Source of the DNA: Octopus sinensis
Lineage: Eukaryota
DNA length: 64,000 nt
Direction of reading: 5' to 3'
Assembly (NCBI RefSeq): GCF_006345805.1
Contig: NC_042997.1
Span: forward strand, 52,762,001 to 52,826,000
A program made the position numbers and the translations under genes. The notes below the pieces were generated by a model, which ran no database searches, was not told the origin of the DNA, and saw only the letters and a program-made list of their open reading frames with translations. Positions 28,220-39,837 of the stretch are shown here, piece by piece (position 1 is the stretch's first letter; every line of letters begins with the position of its first letter).

Positions 28220-30420
28220 ATGGGTGAAGTTGTGGATAATATCGTTATGGAATGTCAACCAGTTCCAGCAGGCAGTTACGCTGCAGGGACTGGGAAAAGT
28301 CTAACGGCGGATGTCTTGAAAGTTAGAGAAATTGAACTGGAAGAAACAAATTTCAAGAAGTACAATGAACTATTAAGAAAGGAAGGAGACAGTCTGAGGC
28401 TGACGCCGCCTAAGAAAGTTATTGAAAAAACAGAGAGAAGGACAATAATATACAAAACGCTGTCTATTGTAATAAAAAGGGTTGAAATAGCTGCAGTAGA
28501 AGCAGTGAAAGAATGCTTGAGAGAAGTCAAATATATAACGACGTACTACACCAAGGGAAAGAAATACGGCACAGTGGAGGTACGCTTCGCGAGTGGACAA
28601 GAAGCGATAAAACACGCTACTGTACCTTTGAGATCAACTGAGTGAGTACTACTACCAACCTATTGTGGCAACCGTACGGCCATAGTGAGGATTGCTAGAG
28701 TGCCCCCAGAAATTGACGAGGCGTGGCTGGTGGCAGCCATCCTCTATAATGCAGAAGAGGACACCAAAATGCTGAACAAGAACTACGGAGGTAAGCTGAT
28801 GGGGGTACGGCCTTGAGGTGTGGGTTCACATCAGTTTACCAGACCTCCACAAAATTGCAGAGGAATCAGTGTTGCCGGACGAGACGAAGCTGAGAGTTGT
28901 AGTGGAAGGAAGACCTCTCGTATGCTATCAATGTGGAGTACGGGGACACATCAAAGCTAAGTGTCTCCAGAAACACGAAGAGAAGGTGACGGAGATGGAA
29001 TAGCAAGAAGGGGTAGATGTGCAAGGCATAGTAGAGCAGAGGCCAGTGGAAAATATGGATGAAGATATATAGTGGTGAAGATGAAGAAAAGACAAGAAAA
29101 CGCAGATTCACCACAAAGAGTCCCATGAAAAAAGAAAAGGAAGTGTAGAGGAGAGACAAGGGTTACCAAAAGGAGGAAAAGTGAACGAGCAGAAAAGAAA
29201 CGAGATGTCAGCAAAATTAAGCGAGAAAAACAGAGAGAAGGACAATAATATACAAAACGATGTCTATTGTAATAAAAAGGGTTGAAATAGCTGCAGTAGA
29301 AGCAGTGAAAGAATGCTTGAGAGAAGTCAAATATATAACGACGTACTACACCAAGGGAAAGAAATACGGCACAGTGGAGGTACGCTTCGCGAGTGGACAA
29401 GAAGCGATAAAACACTCTACTGTACCTTTGAGATCAACTGAGTGAGTACTACTACCAACCTACTGTGGCAACCGTACGGCCATAGTGAGGATTGCTAGAG
29501 TGCCCCCAGAAATTGACGAGGCGTGGCTGGTGGCAGCCATCCTCTATAATGCAGAAGAGGACACCAAAATGCTGAACAAGAACTACGGAGGTAAGCTGAT
29601 GGGGGTACGGCCTTGAGGTGTGGGTTCACATCAGTTTACCAGACCTCCACAAAATTGCAGAGGAATCAGTGTTGCCGGACGAGACGAAGCTGAGAGTTGT
29701 AGTGGAAGGAAGACCTCTCGTATGCTATCAATGTGGAGTACGGGGACACATCAAAGCTAAGTGTCTCCAGAAACACGAAGAGAAGGTGACGGAGATGGAA
29801 TAGCAAGAAGGGGTAGATGTGCAAGGCATAGTAGAGCAGAGGCCAGTGGAAAATATGGATGAAGATATATAGTGGTGAAGATGAAGAAAAGACAAGAAAA
29901 CGCAGATTCACCACCAAAGAGTCCCATGAAAAAAGAAAAGGAAGTGTAGAGGAGAGACAAGGGTTACCAAAAGGAGGAAAAGTGAACGAGCAGAAAAGAA
30001 ACGAGATGTCAGCAAAATTAAGCGAGAAAGACGAAGAGAGAAAACAGAGAGCAATACCAGCAATTAGCACGAAGGGGAAAGTAAAAGGACAGGGGAAAAA
30101 GGAGGATAGAAGAGAAATGACAACAATATCGAGCGAGTGACAAGCAGAGAAGGAAGAGATGGAAACATCAGCAATAGCAGAAGAGATTAGTGATGGAAAT
30201 CAGAAACACTGAAAGGAAAACAAGTAAGAACTATGATACAGTACAGAAAAATGTAGAAATAGAAGAAAAGATCATGAAAAACGTAATTAGGGTGAAGTTA
30301 GCGCCTAAACCGTACAATGAAGGATTTAAAGCAGTCTTGCTTGTAAAAGAGAAAGGTGAAAAATTGAAAGAATAATTCAGGGAAATGATAGAGATATCAC
30401 CGTTACAGTTTCTATTCAAT
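28220..30420 (+). pseudogene. gag-like ORF1 of a non-LTR retrotransposon (L1/Tx1-like; RRM-like region, CCHC knuckle, K/E-rich tail), disrupted and internally duplicated
   Basis: CYQCGVRGHIKAKC is C-x2-C-x4-H-x4-C. GTVEVRF..VRIARVPPEIDEAWL is RRM-like. In-frame stops, a frameshift, and no ORF2 downstream. Confidence 0.75.
28426..30026 (+). repeat. Direct tandem duplication, period 800 bp
   Basis: cagagagaaggacaat at 28431 and 29231; identical ORFs at 28818 and 29618. Confidence 0.95.
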
Positions 30421-30464
30421 GAATTGCCACCGGTGGTGGTGGTTTTGTAGGAGATTTAAAATTG

Positions 30465-31078
30465 GATCACGCCTCGACCTCCTCTAGCTCTGGGTAGGGA
30501 AAGACGATCTGCGTCTGCCTTTGGGTGGTGCATCGTATTGCAAGTCAGCAACTTACGGATGTTCCAGTCAATCTTCCTTATTTCGCTCATAATCCAGTTC
30601 AACGCACTGAAACTGTAAATAACAACCGGAACTGATTAGGAATTTATTGCTAACACCTTGTTACGGATTTTAGGACTGCTCGAACTCTCCTGTAAGACTT
30701 CTTCCCGATCTTCTCTTTCGTACTTGCAAGTTGAATGCCAGAGCCCTAATTTATTCCGAGGTATTTGTAAGTTTGTTCCTGCTCGAGTTCCTGCTCAAAT
30801 TCTTTTCTGACTGTGTCAACATCCAACACCACTGAATGTGAGGTCTTCAGTTTTCCTTTCTGGAAAGTAATCTTGGCACATTTACTAAGACCAAATTCCA
30901 CCCCAGTGTCATCACTGAATGCTTTCACAGTACGTAGTAGTCCTTCAAGCTTATTATCGTCTTTGCCGTAGAATTTTAAGTCATCTATATAAAACAGATG
31001 GCTTATTTTCTTGCCGCCAATTTTATACTCATACCCTGTTTTGTTAAGTTCACTTGCAAGGGGTATTAGCGCTATGCA
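30465..31078 (-). mobile_element. R4/Dong-type RT fragment
   Basis: KISHLFYIDDLKFYGK..FSDDTGVEFGLSKCAK..YKYLGI..MHHPKADADRLSLPRARGGRG. Its 5' end abuts the (AAT)n at 31083. Confidence 0.9.
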
Positions 31079-31082
31079 GAAA

Positions 31083-31120
<38 letters not shown>

Positions 31121-31171
31121 CATTATTATTATTATTGTTGTTGTTGTTGTTGTTGTTGTTGTTATTATTAT

Positions 31172-31355
31172 TGAAGGCAGCGAGCTGGCAGAATGGTTAG
31201 CGCATCTGACAAAATGTTTAACAGTATTTTTTCTAGTCCAAATTCCACCGAGGTCGACAGCGCTTTTCTCTTTTCGGTGTCGATATAATAGGTACCAGTG
31301 AAGCACTAAGTTCGATATAATAGTTCTATCTCCTAAAATTTCAGGGGCTGTACCA
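31172..31355 (+). mobile_element. SINE family D (diverged)
   Basis: gaaggcagcgagctggcagaatgg head directly after an (ATT)/(GTT) tract. Confidence 0.8.
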
Positions 31356-31739
31356 ATATAAAAAAATATGATTTTATTTCAGTATTTTTATGCCAATGGC
31401 ATGCACGTACAACTTCACGTTCTTTAGCTGTGGGCCTTGAACAGTGTCTGTGTAATGCATCAGTTTGCTCTCTTGTGAGATTTGGTTTGTTGCTTCTGAT
31501 GTTATTGTGATGTTTCCTCTGTTGCGTTTCCGTGCAATTAATGTTATGTGATTTTTAGAGTCAGTTGTAGCTTAGTAAGAGTATGTATTGTGTTATTTTT
31601 ATTAGAAAGTAATTTTGTTAAACATGTGTATAGCGACATTATTCGGTGGTGATTCCGAACTCTATGTGTTGTCTGATATGTTTTAATTTATTTATTGTTC
31701 GTTACTTGCAGAGAGTGCACTGTTTCAATAGTGCTATTG

Positions 31740-31994
31740 ACCTGAAAATGTCTTGCGCAGGTCGCGAACCGTGTCTAACTGGGTTATCTTTTTTCTGGAC
31801 AGCGTATAATATTATGAGCTTCCCTAGGGTTTATATGTTCCTAATTTCTTTATCATCCTAACAGCTCCAATTATTATTGATATCGTTTTTATTACTATGC
31901 CTCCATGCTGCTTATTTCAAGTTTAAGATGCTTGTATAGTTGTAATTTGAGGTTTTCCACCACACTTCGGGCAATGCTTTGGTCAGAAATTACG

Positions 31995-32042
<48 letters not shown>

Positions 32043-32170
32043 TTTATTATTCTATGTTTGACTTTTGCTTTACATTTGCACAAGCTGGCTCCAAGTCTCA
32101 CCCAGAGACCTCAAGAGACAACAAGTTGGAAGTTCGTGTTGGTGTTATGCCTAGGGTGCCATATATTTGG
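31740..32170 (-). mobile_element. Retrotransposon 3' UTR (32050-32170), (AAT)n tract, then a decayed RLE C-terminus (31740-31992)
   Basis: LYKHLKLEISSM..TISIIIGAVRMIKK..VQKK..LDTVRDLRKTFS resembles the KYKDLEIEI..IPIIIGALG..LGTAHILRK block. Confidence 0.6.
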
Positions 32171-32384
32171 TTTTGTTGCTTGGTAGAATCATTAGAATGT
32201 CGGAGAAAATGTCTTGCACTATTTGTTCCGGCCCTTTACGTTTCGCGTATAATTTCTGCTGCAATCAACTTTGTTTTCCATCCTTTAGAGTTCGGTAAAA
32301 TAGAGTACCAGTCAAATATTTGGGTCGATGATATCAGGAGACCCCCACTCCTAAAAGCTGCTAACCTTGTGCCTAAATCAGAAA

Positions 32385-32476
32385 CCACCACCACCGCCGC
32401 CGCTGTCAACACCTCTACATTCGCCACTGCCGCCGCCGCCACTACGACCACGACGACGACGACGACCACCACCACC

Positions 32477-32532
<56 letters not shown>

Positions 32533-32535
32533 AAG
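32385..32535. repeat. Compound trinucleotide repeat ACC/GCC/ACG/ACT
   Basis: Read directly from the sequence. Confidence 0.9.
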
Positions 32536-32945
32536 CACCAGTATTAATATTAATCACAAATAGTACTGGCAGTGGTAGTAGTAATAATTTTTGCGTTGTT
32601 TTTAGTGATAATAGCAGCAGCTGTAAATCCTACTCCAATACACATTAAGCGCATTAATAAACAGCTCTTTATTTTTACGATATGTTAACGCGTATGTGTG
32701 TTAGTGTGCATAAAAGATTTTTACATAGAAGAAATCATTTAAAACACACACTACTTGTATATTGTTCAATACAACTGTGTCCAAAAAGGGGAGATTATAA
32801 ATATTAAGTAGAGGCTCGACAACTATAAATAGGGGAATATTTTAGTAGATAACGCTATAAATCTACTCGTTTCATATAACAATTATATCGTGTTTATATA
32901 ATAAAGATATCGACACGAAACAGAACAATGTGCGCACACATTCAT

Positions 32946-32977
<32 letters not shown>

Positions 32978-33856
32978 ATAAAACTAATAGAATAATAATG
33001 ATAAAAAAAGAAGAGCAGCAAATATATAAAGCAACTTCAAACAAATTTGATATTTCAAAATGAACAATGTGAACTCGTTAAAGACATTACAGATTACTGT
33101 CTGCTTCGTAGAAGTAGTCAATTCATTAACATGACAACAGTTATAGAAGCAGCCAAGTATTGAGTTGTTGTTGAGATTCTGTTAGATTAAAAACGAATAC
33201 CGAATGAAATTTTGATGAACGACTAAATGGTTCTCAAAAGAATGATCAAATAAAACAATTTATTAACATGGACGAGACTCCCGGTCGTCATCTTATCTAT
33301 GTTTTTCTTGCAAATATTAATGCTTGGCAACAGTCGTGTCAGTTGTATAGTTGCATCAATCTTACAACTGATGCAACTATGCAATTGAGAGAGCCTGCAA
33401 AAATCAGGATCATTACTCTTTTTCCTCTAACTTGTGAGAGAAAAAAAGAATCAAATAACACTGAAACGCATGACAGAAAGCGCTACAGTACATGAAGTAC
33501 AAAAGTATTAACAGCGATCGGATTTTATGCAAAAAAAGAAAAACATTTGTCAGTGTCTTTGTCAGTAACTACCAATAACTGAAAGTTTAATGTATCACAA
33601 TGCTGTCTGATAAATTTTTTAAATAACAAGAATATATTCGATTTCGAAACCTAGCAAGACAAGTATACATGTCATACAGGCAAAGATAACGTCGACACCG
33701 TAATTAACCCATTTTTAATAAAACGTAGATCAATTGTGTAGATTTTAAAGTTATACCAGTCTCATACTGCAGATAACTCCAATTAGTTATGAAACATATA
33801 TGTTTATGGTATATACCTAGCCCAAAACTTCAAGATCACCAATATATATGTAGGAT

Positions 33857-34439
33857 GTATGGCGGCGAGCTGGCAGAAATGTTAGCACGCCGGGCGAAAT
33901 GCTTAGCAGTATTTCGTCTGCCGCTAGGTTCTGAGTTCAAATTCCGCCGAGGTCGACTGTGCCTTTCATCCTTTCGGGGTCAATTAAATAAGTACCAGTT
34001 ACGCACTGGGTCGATGTAATCGACTTTATCCGTTTGTCTGTCCTTGTTTGTTCCCTATGTGTTTAGCCCCTTGTGGGTAGTAAAGAAATAGGTATTTCGT
34101 CTGCCGCTACGTTCTGAGTTCAAATTCCGCCGAGGTCGACTTTGCCTTTCATCCTTTCGGGGTCGATTAAATAAGTACCATTATGCACTGGGGTCGATAT
34201 AATCGACTTAATCCGTTTGTCTGTTCTTGTTCGTCCCCTCTGTGTGTAGCTCCTTGTGGGCAGTAAAGAAATAGGTATTTCGTTTGTCTTTACGTTCTGA
34301 GTTCAAATTCCGTCGAGGTCGACTTTGCCATTCATCCTTTCGAGGTTGATATATTAAGTACCAGTTGTGAAATGGGTCGATCTAATCGACTGCCCCCTCC
34401 CCCAAAATTTCGGGCCCTATGTCTAGAGTAGAAAAGAAG
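33857..34439 (+). mobile_element. Multimeric SINE family D (3 body units) with 13-bp TSD
   Basis: TSD atatatgtaggat at 33844-33856 and 34440-34452. Confidence 0.9.
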
Positions 34440-34880
34440 ATATATGTAGGATAAATCTATTACCGATGATAATATAAAAAAAATAATGCTTAAGATTATT
34501 AAAACCAGGAACCCAGTATATTTCTAGTGTACACACCGAAATGTACCACATAATTATTCACTCGGCAATTTATTCATTTGTATGATTCATAATTTTCATT
34601 TCCTTACGAGATAATTTCATGTTTAACTTATGGTTTACATCAACGGAAATACACGCCACTGCTATATAATATGATTTGTATAAGTGTTGAATTCTTTTCA
34701 TTAAATTATATCCTTCACGTGTCTCGTCCTTCTATGGTGCCAACACACACAGATATCTAATTTTATTGATATAGTTGAATGCCGATCAGTCTGTGTGTGT
34801 GTATGTGTGTTCCTGCATTTAATTGTTTATGTATATGTGTTTGGATGTGTGCTTATGACTGTGTGTGTGTGTGTGTGTGT

Positions 34881-36080
34881 CTGTACATGCACGCGCTGTA
34901 TATTGGATGAGTTCAACTTACAAGTTATATACGAACTTCCAACACGAACATACTTATAAATACTTGCATATATACTTACCTAAGTACGAAATCACACAGG
35001 TGGACGCAATGTGTACGATACTATCCTACGTGTCTTATTGTAAGCTGAATTCATTCATTATCTTGTATATTCGTATCATTCATTTATAATCGCCTTGATC
35101 GTAGTCTTATAAACTTCATGCTTGTCCATCCATCCGTCTGGCAACCATCTCTTCAGACCGTCACATCTAAACAGATTATCATGAAATTCAACCCGAACAC
35201 TCAAGAGACAACCTGTAGTGTTCTTTAGTGCGTCTTAACATTTGTCATTTTTTTTTTACGATAACTTCTAGATTTATTACATCTTTTCTTACATGTTTCC
35301 TTCCTTAGATTTTACACATAAAAACCCAAACGCTGCTCAATCTCAGTTAATTTTCTTTTTTTCTTACTAGTTTTTTTCCCTTCCTCTCAATCTTACCTTA
35401 ATCTTCCCAATATAATTTTCGCCATGTTCATACTATGTATGCACTGGTAAGTAGTGTATGTGTGTGTGTGTGTGTGTGTGTCTGTACATGCACGCGCTGT
35501 ATATTGGATGAGTTCAACTTACAAGTTATATACGAACTTCCAACACGAACATACTTATAAATACTTGCATATATACTTACCTAAGTACGAAATCACACAG
35601 GTGGACGCAATGTGTACGATACTATCCTACGTGTCTTATTGTAAGCTGAATTCATTCATTATCTTGTATATTCGTATCATTCATTTATAATCGCCTTGAT
35701 CGTAGTCTTATAGACTTCATGCTTGTCCATCCATCCGTCTGGCAACCATCTCTTCAGACCGTCACATCTAAACAGATTATCATGAAATTCAACCCGAACA
35801 CTCAAGAGACAACCTGTAGTGTTCTTTAGTGCGTCTTAACATTTGTCATTTTTTTTTTACGATAACTTCTAGATTTATTACATCTTTTCTTACATGTTTC
35901 CTTCCTTAGATTTTACACATAAAAACCCAAACGCTGCTCAATCTCAGTTAATTTTCTTTTTTTCTTACTAGTTTTTTTCCCTTCCTCTCAATCTTACCTT
36001 AATCTTCCCAATATAATTTTCGCCATGTTCATACTATGTATGCACTGGTAAGTAGTGTATGTGTGTGTGTGTGTGTGTGT
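34881..36080. repeat. Direct tandem duplication, period 601 bp, bounded by (TG)n tracts
   Basis: ctgtacatgc at 34881 and 35482; a single substitution noticed (aaac/agac). Confidence 0.95.
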
Positions 36081-36549
36081 GATTGCGTGTGTATACGTGC
36101 GTATTTGTATGTTAAAAGTGAGTGCTAAAAATTTGTGTGAACCTGTGTGTTTATGTGTATGTGTGTTTGGGGGAGCGTATGTGCATATATATATATATAT
36201 GTGTATGTATGAGAGTATAAGAGTATATAACAATATAGATGTATGAGCGCGTACTTAATGTTGAGTTTCAGAGTTCAAATATTTTGATATACTTCATGCA
36301 TTTCTTTAGTGAGGTCATACAGATAATATCTGGACAACCATCAGCTTCGCCACCGTCGTCATCTTCGTCATCGTCCTGGATGTCTTCGTTGTTTTCTGTC
36401 ACCAGCGTCGTCGTCATTCTCGACATGATTATCTTCATAATCATCGCCATAGTAGTCATGATCGTAGTTGTCCGTCGTCGTAATCGTAATTCTCTTTACT
36501 ACAATTATTGAGAAAAGGTTAACAAAGTTCTAATATTGTTATAATCTAA

Positions 36550-36951
36550 TCTCTATCTCTATATATATAAACGGCAGTTTGTCTGTGTGGCTGTCAGGTT
36601 GTACCCTCACCCTGACCACGGCTTTCAACCGATTCTGATGAAACTTGATACACACATAGCCCAATGTCATAATTCAAAACTAACGCAGCGAAAAGTTTGA
36701 AAAGTACCCCCAGTTCTGAAAAAAATCGATAAATTCGACATGGGGTCGAGAATCTAAGCTTTTTATATGCAACACATTTTCTGTCGGGAGACAGCTAGGA
36801 ACATCGTATACATAGAAGTATTCGAGTGAAGAGAAGATATTGCAACCTACACATGCGCCTTCGTTCCCTAGAGGGAAAGAACTAGATTGGGATTAGTCGT
36901 TGCCTACTATGGGCTCTTACATACCCGGGCAACGCCGGGCTATGCTGCTAG
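36550..36951 (+). mobile_element. Non-autonomous Helitron
   Basis: A|TC 5' end, cccgggcaacgccggg hairpin, CTAG|T 3' end. Internal TARNIVYIEVFE* (36791-36829) resembles the RepHel C-terminal NxVYxEV motif. Confidence 0.85.
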
Positions 36952-37109
36952 TATTGTTATAAATTTCAGAGAAGTACTCTATCATTCCAGATGTACATTT
37001 TAGAGTTGTCTTCTGGTCATAAAAGTATTGTAACTTACTTATCTTAACGTCACTTTTCTTTCTTGACAAGCTGAACTCTTTATAAATTGAAACTAATATT
37101 TATTCTTTT

Positions 37110-37500
37110 CTACTCTAGGCACAAGGCCCAAAAATTTGTGGTAGGGGGCAGTCGATTAGATCCACCCCAGCACGCAACTGGTACTTAATTTATCAACTCC
37201 AAAAGGATGAAAGGCAAAGTCGACCTCGGCGGAATTTGAACTCAGATCGTAACGGCAGACGAAATACCTATTTCTTTACTGCCCACAAGGGGTTACACAC
37301 AGAGAAGACTACAAGGACAGACAAACGGATTAAGTCGATTATATCGACCCCAACACGCAACTGGTACATATTTAATTGACCCCGAAAGGATGAAAAGCAA
37401 AGTCGACCTCGGTGGAATTTTAACTCAGAACGTAGCGGCAGACGAAATACTGCTACTCATTTCGCCCGGATTGCTAAGGTTTCTGCCAGCTCGTCGCCTT
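37110..37500 (-). mobile_element. Dimeric SINE family D
   Basis: Two body units joined by the same aaagaaata|ggtatttcg junction (reverse strand). Confidence 0.85.
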
Positions 37501-38344
37501 AATTATTCAGAAAATATCATCGGTTTTGCTACAGAGAGATGATATAAGATTTGCTGTGTATCAGCTATTGATTGGGCCATGTGCTAAGGTTTCGTACAAT
37601 ATTTTATTATCATTTTCCAAGAAAAAACAGAGTTTCAAAAGTATGTGACCATTATATTTTTGACAACTATGACTGTTTTGTTACAACATTAATCCTTCAA
37701 ATATACCTTGACAACACTAGTGTGTCATATCCTCATTTCTTCAATGATTTAATTTTTATCAAAGCTTAAAAGATTTGTAAATAAACAGCCTGTTTCTGCT
37801 TGGCAAATGTTTCTACAACTGTTACATCAATTCATCAAGCTGATTTATAGAACATTTTGACTTTGAACGTTTTGACTATGAAATAGCTTACCTTTATAGC
37901 AGAGGGTGGTCTTTCTGCTAGCATTCTTTTAATTGTTCTAAGACCTGATAATTGTAGGTACGTTTACGCTTCGATGAATACCAATTGCATTGATACATGA
38001 CAAAGTAGTTACCGTACTTACCAAAGATCAAACTCAATCGCGATTGTATACTTTCACCACAAACTCAAATTTTATATAATTAGTTTGGATTTCGGAGTTC
38101 TCTCTCTCACTTTCCGTTGCGGGAATTATCGTTAATGTTGTTTATATTGCTTTTCAATACGTGAGTAAAATTGATTAAAAATATTGGGGGGCTTACTACA
38201 ATAAGTATGTTAGCCTCCTTTAAACTATTTGTTGTATAATTTTAATTAAAATTTAACAGGTGTTGCAAAGTTTTACGTCTAATTCTAGAACAAGAAAAGT
38301 GCTATTTACCCAATGTTTTACAAATTCTTTTAGGTTTTTAAATG

Positions 38345-38748
38345 TATTCGTGTATCTTTACCATTTGAACGGCAGATCGAGAAATTAATTTTTTGTAACT
38401 AAACACTTTCAAACTTCGGACACTGGTAGAATGTGTCATATAAAACATCTTTTACTCTCAGTGTTGTTGAGAAAAGTTTGTATTTTCAAAGTTATTTCGT
38501 GTTAAAGTCGTATTTCGGTAATTTCAAACAATCTATGACGTGTATTTAGCTGAATAAAATTACTGCTGTTGTTTGTCAGCAACAACTTCCGGCGGTGTAT
38601 ATTTCGTTTTGTTACTGTTATTTATGACATCGTTCGTGCATTTGTACTGGGTTTAGCTTTAGAGTTTTAGGATTAGGGTTAGGGTTTTAAGATTAGCGTT
38701 AGAGTTTTAGGATTAGGGTTAGGTTTTTAGAGTTAGGGTTAGGGTTAT
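38345..38748. repeat. Probable DNA-transposon-derived repeat ending in degenerate (TTAGGG)n
   Basis: TTAGGG-like array at about 38650-38745. Family assignment is from general resemblance only. Confidence 0.45.
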
Positions 38749-38749
38749 T

Positions 38750-39720
38750 ACTGTCCCAAATCCTTTCTCTTTGACTAAGTATCTTTTCTCACGGGTAGAT
38801 TTGCATCTTGTATTTCCTAAATTGTTCCGTTTCCAGGCTTCTATTCTACTCAGATCTTGTCTTAAAGTTTTCACTTTATTTTGTCGTCTTCTTTTCCACA
38901 TTTGCTCTTTCTTAATCTTTCTCTGTGAGATATCTAATCTTTCAGTGACTATTACCCCTCCTGCATAGATCAATGAGTTAGTGTCTCCTATATTTTTAGT
39001 ATCTGTCCTACTGATAACAGAATCTACTTTCCTAGTCATTTCTAGCAGCTTCCTTCTGTTGGTGCCTTTCAATGCTGGCAATCTTTTTATTCTTTACTCA
39101 TTACTTCCTGTAACTCATCTAAAATCTTCTGATCTTCCTCACTTAAATCACTTAAGTTGCTGGTGCCAGTTGTTCTTTCTTTATTGGTAGGGCTATTATA
39201 TTTCCTTTAGGATCTTCTTTGTTTTGAGCTGTATCACTTATGTTGTTTGTCTTTCCCACTGCTTGATCTTTCTTTTCCAATTCTCTTGTGATCTCCTCTA
39301 CCTCCAATTCTGTCATCCACTTTCTTATCCTTAAAGCATTAGCCTGATCAACTAATCTCTACCCAAAGTGTTAATATCCGTTTTCTATAGCCCCTTCTTT
39401 TAGGTTCACTTTCTGTATACTTAGTCAAAGAGAAAGTGAACGAGAGCGATAGATACTGATATTTCGCAGTATTTTACTGTTTATCAATGTGCTGTGCTTG
39501 CCTTACTTCCGAAACAAAATTTCTGTATCATTATCCTGTTTTCTTCGCTTGTCTATTTCCTCCTCTTTGCTCTATTATCTGCTGATGCTGTAGTATGATA
39601 ACATCCGTGGTCAGTCCGCATCTTTACTGAACCAGGCCTTTCCTTAAAGGTGCATCTTCATTTTCGCTGTTACAATCAGAGTTTCTTCGGAAACTCCTGC
39701 CTCTCAAAAACTGAGGTAAG
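38750..39720 (-). mobile_element. 5' part and N-terminal ORF of an R4/Dong-type retrotransposon (decayed)
   Basis: RRK*TSEENRIM..SEPKRRGYRKR..DTNSLIYAGGVIVTERL..WKRRRQNKVKTLRQDLSRI. Its 5' end abuts an (AAT)n tract. Confidence 0.75.
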
Positions 39721-39804
39721 GTAATTATTATTATTATTATTATTATCATGTTTTTTCCTTCTTTCTTCAAATTTTCTTCCGTTTCTCGCTGAGTGTTATT
39801 ATTA

Positions 39805-39837
<33 letters not shown>

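Noticed and set aside
31979-32563. 194-aa ORF with a mucin-like Thr/Ala tail
   Set aside because: It is stitched from an (ATT)n tract, an antisense LINE UTR, a decayed SINE and a trinucleotide array.
33331-33352. let-7 gene
   Set aside because: Only the last 11 nt match and the GAGGUAG seed is missing.
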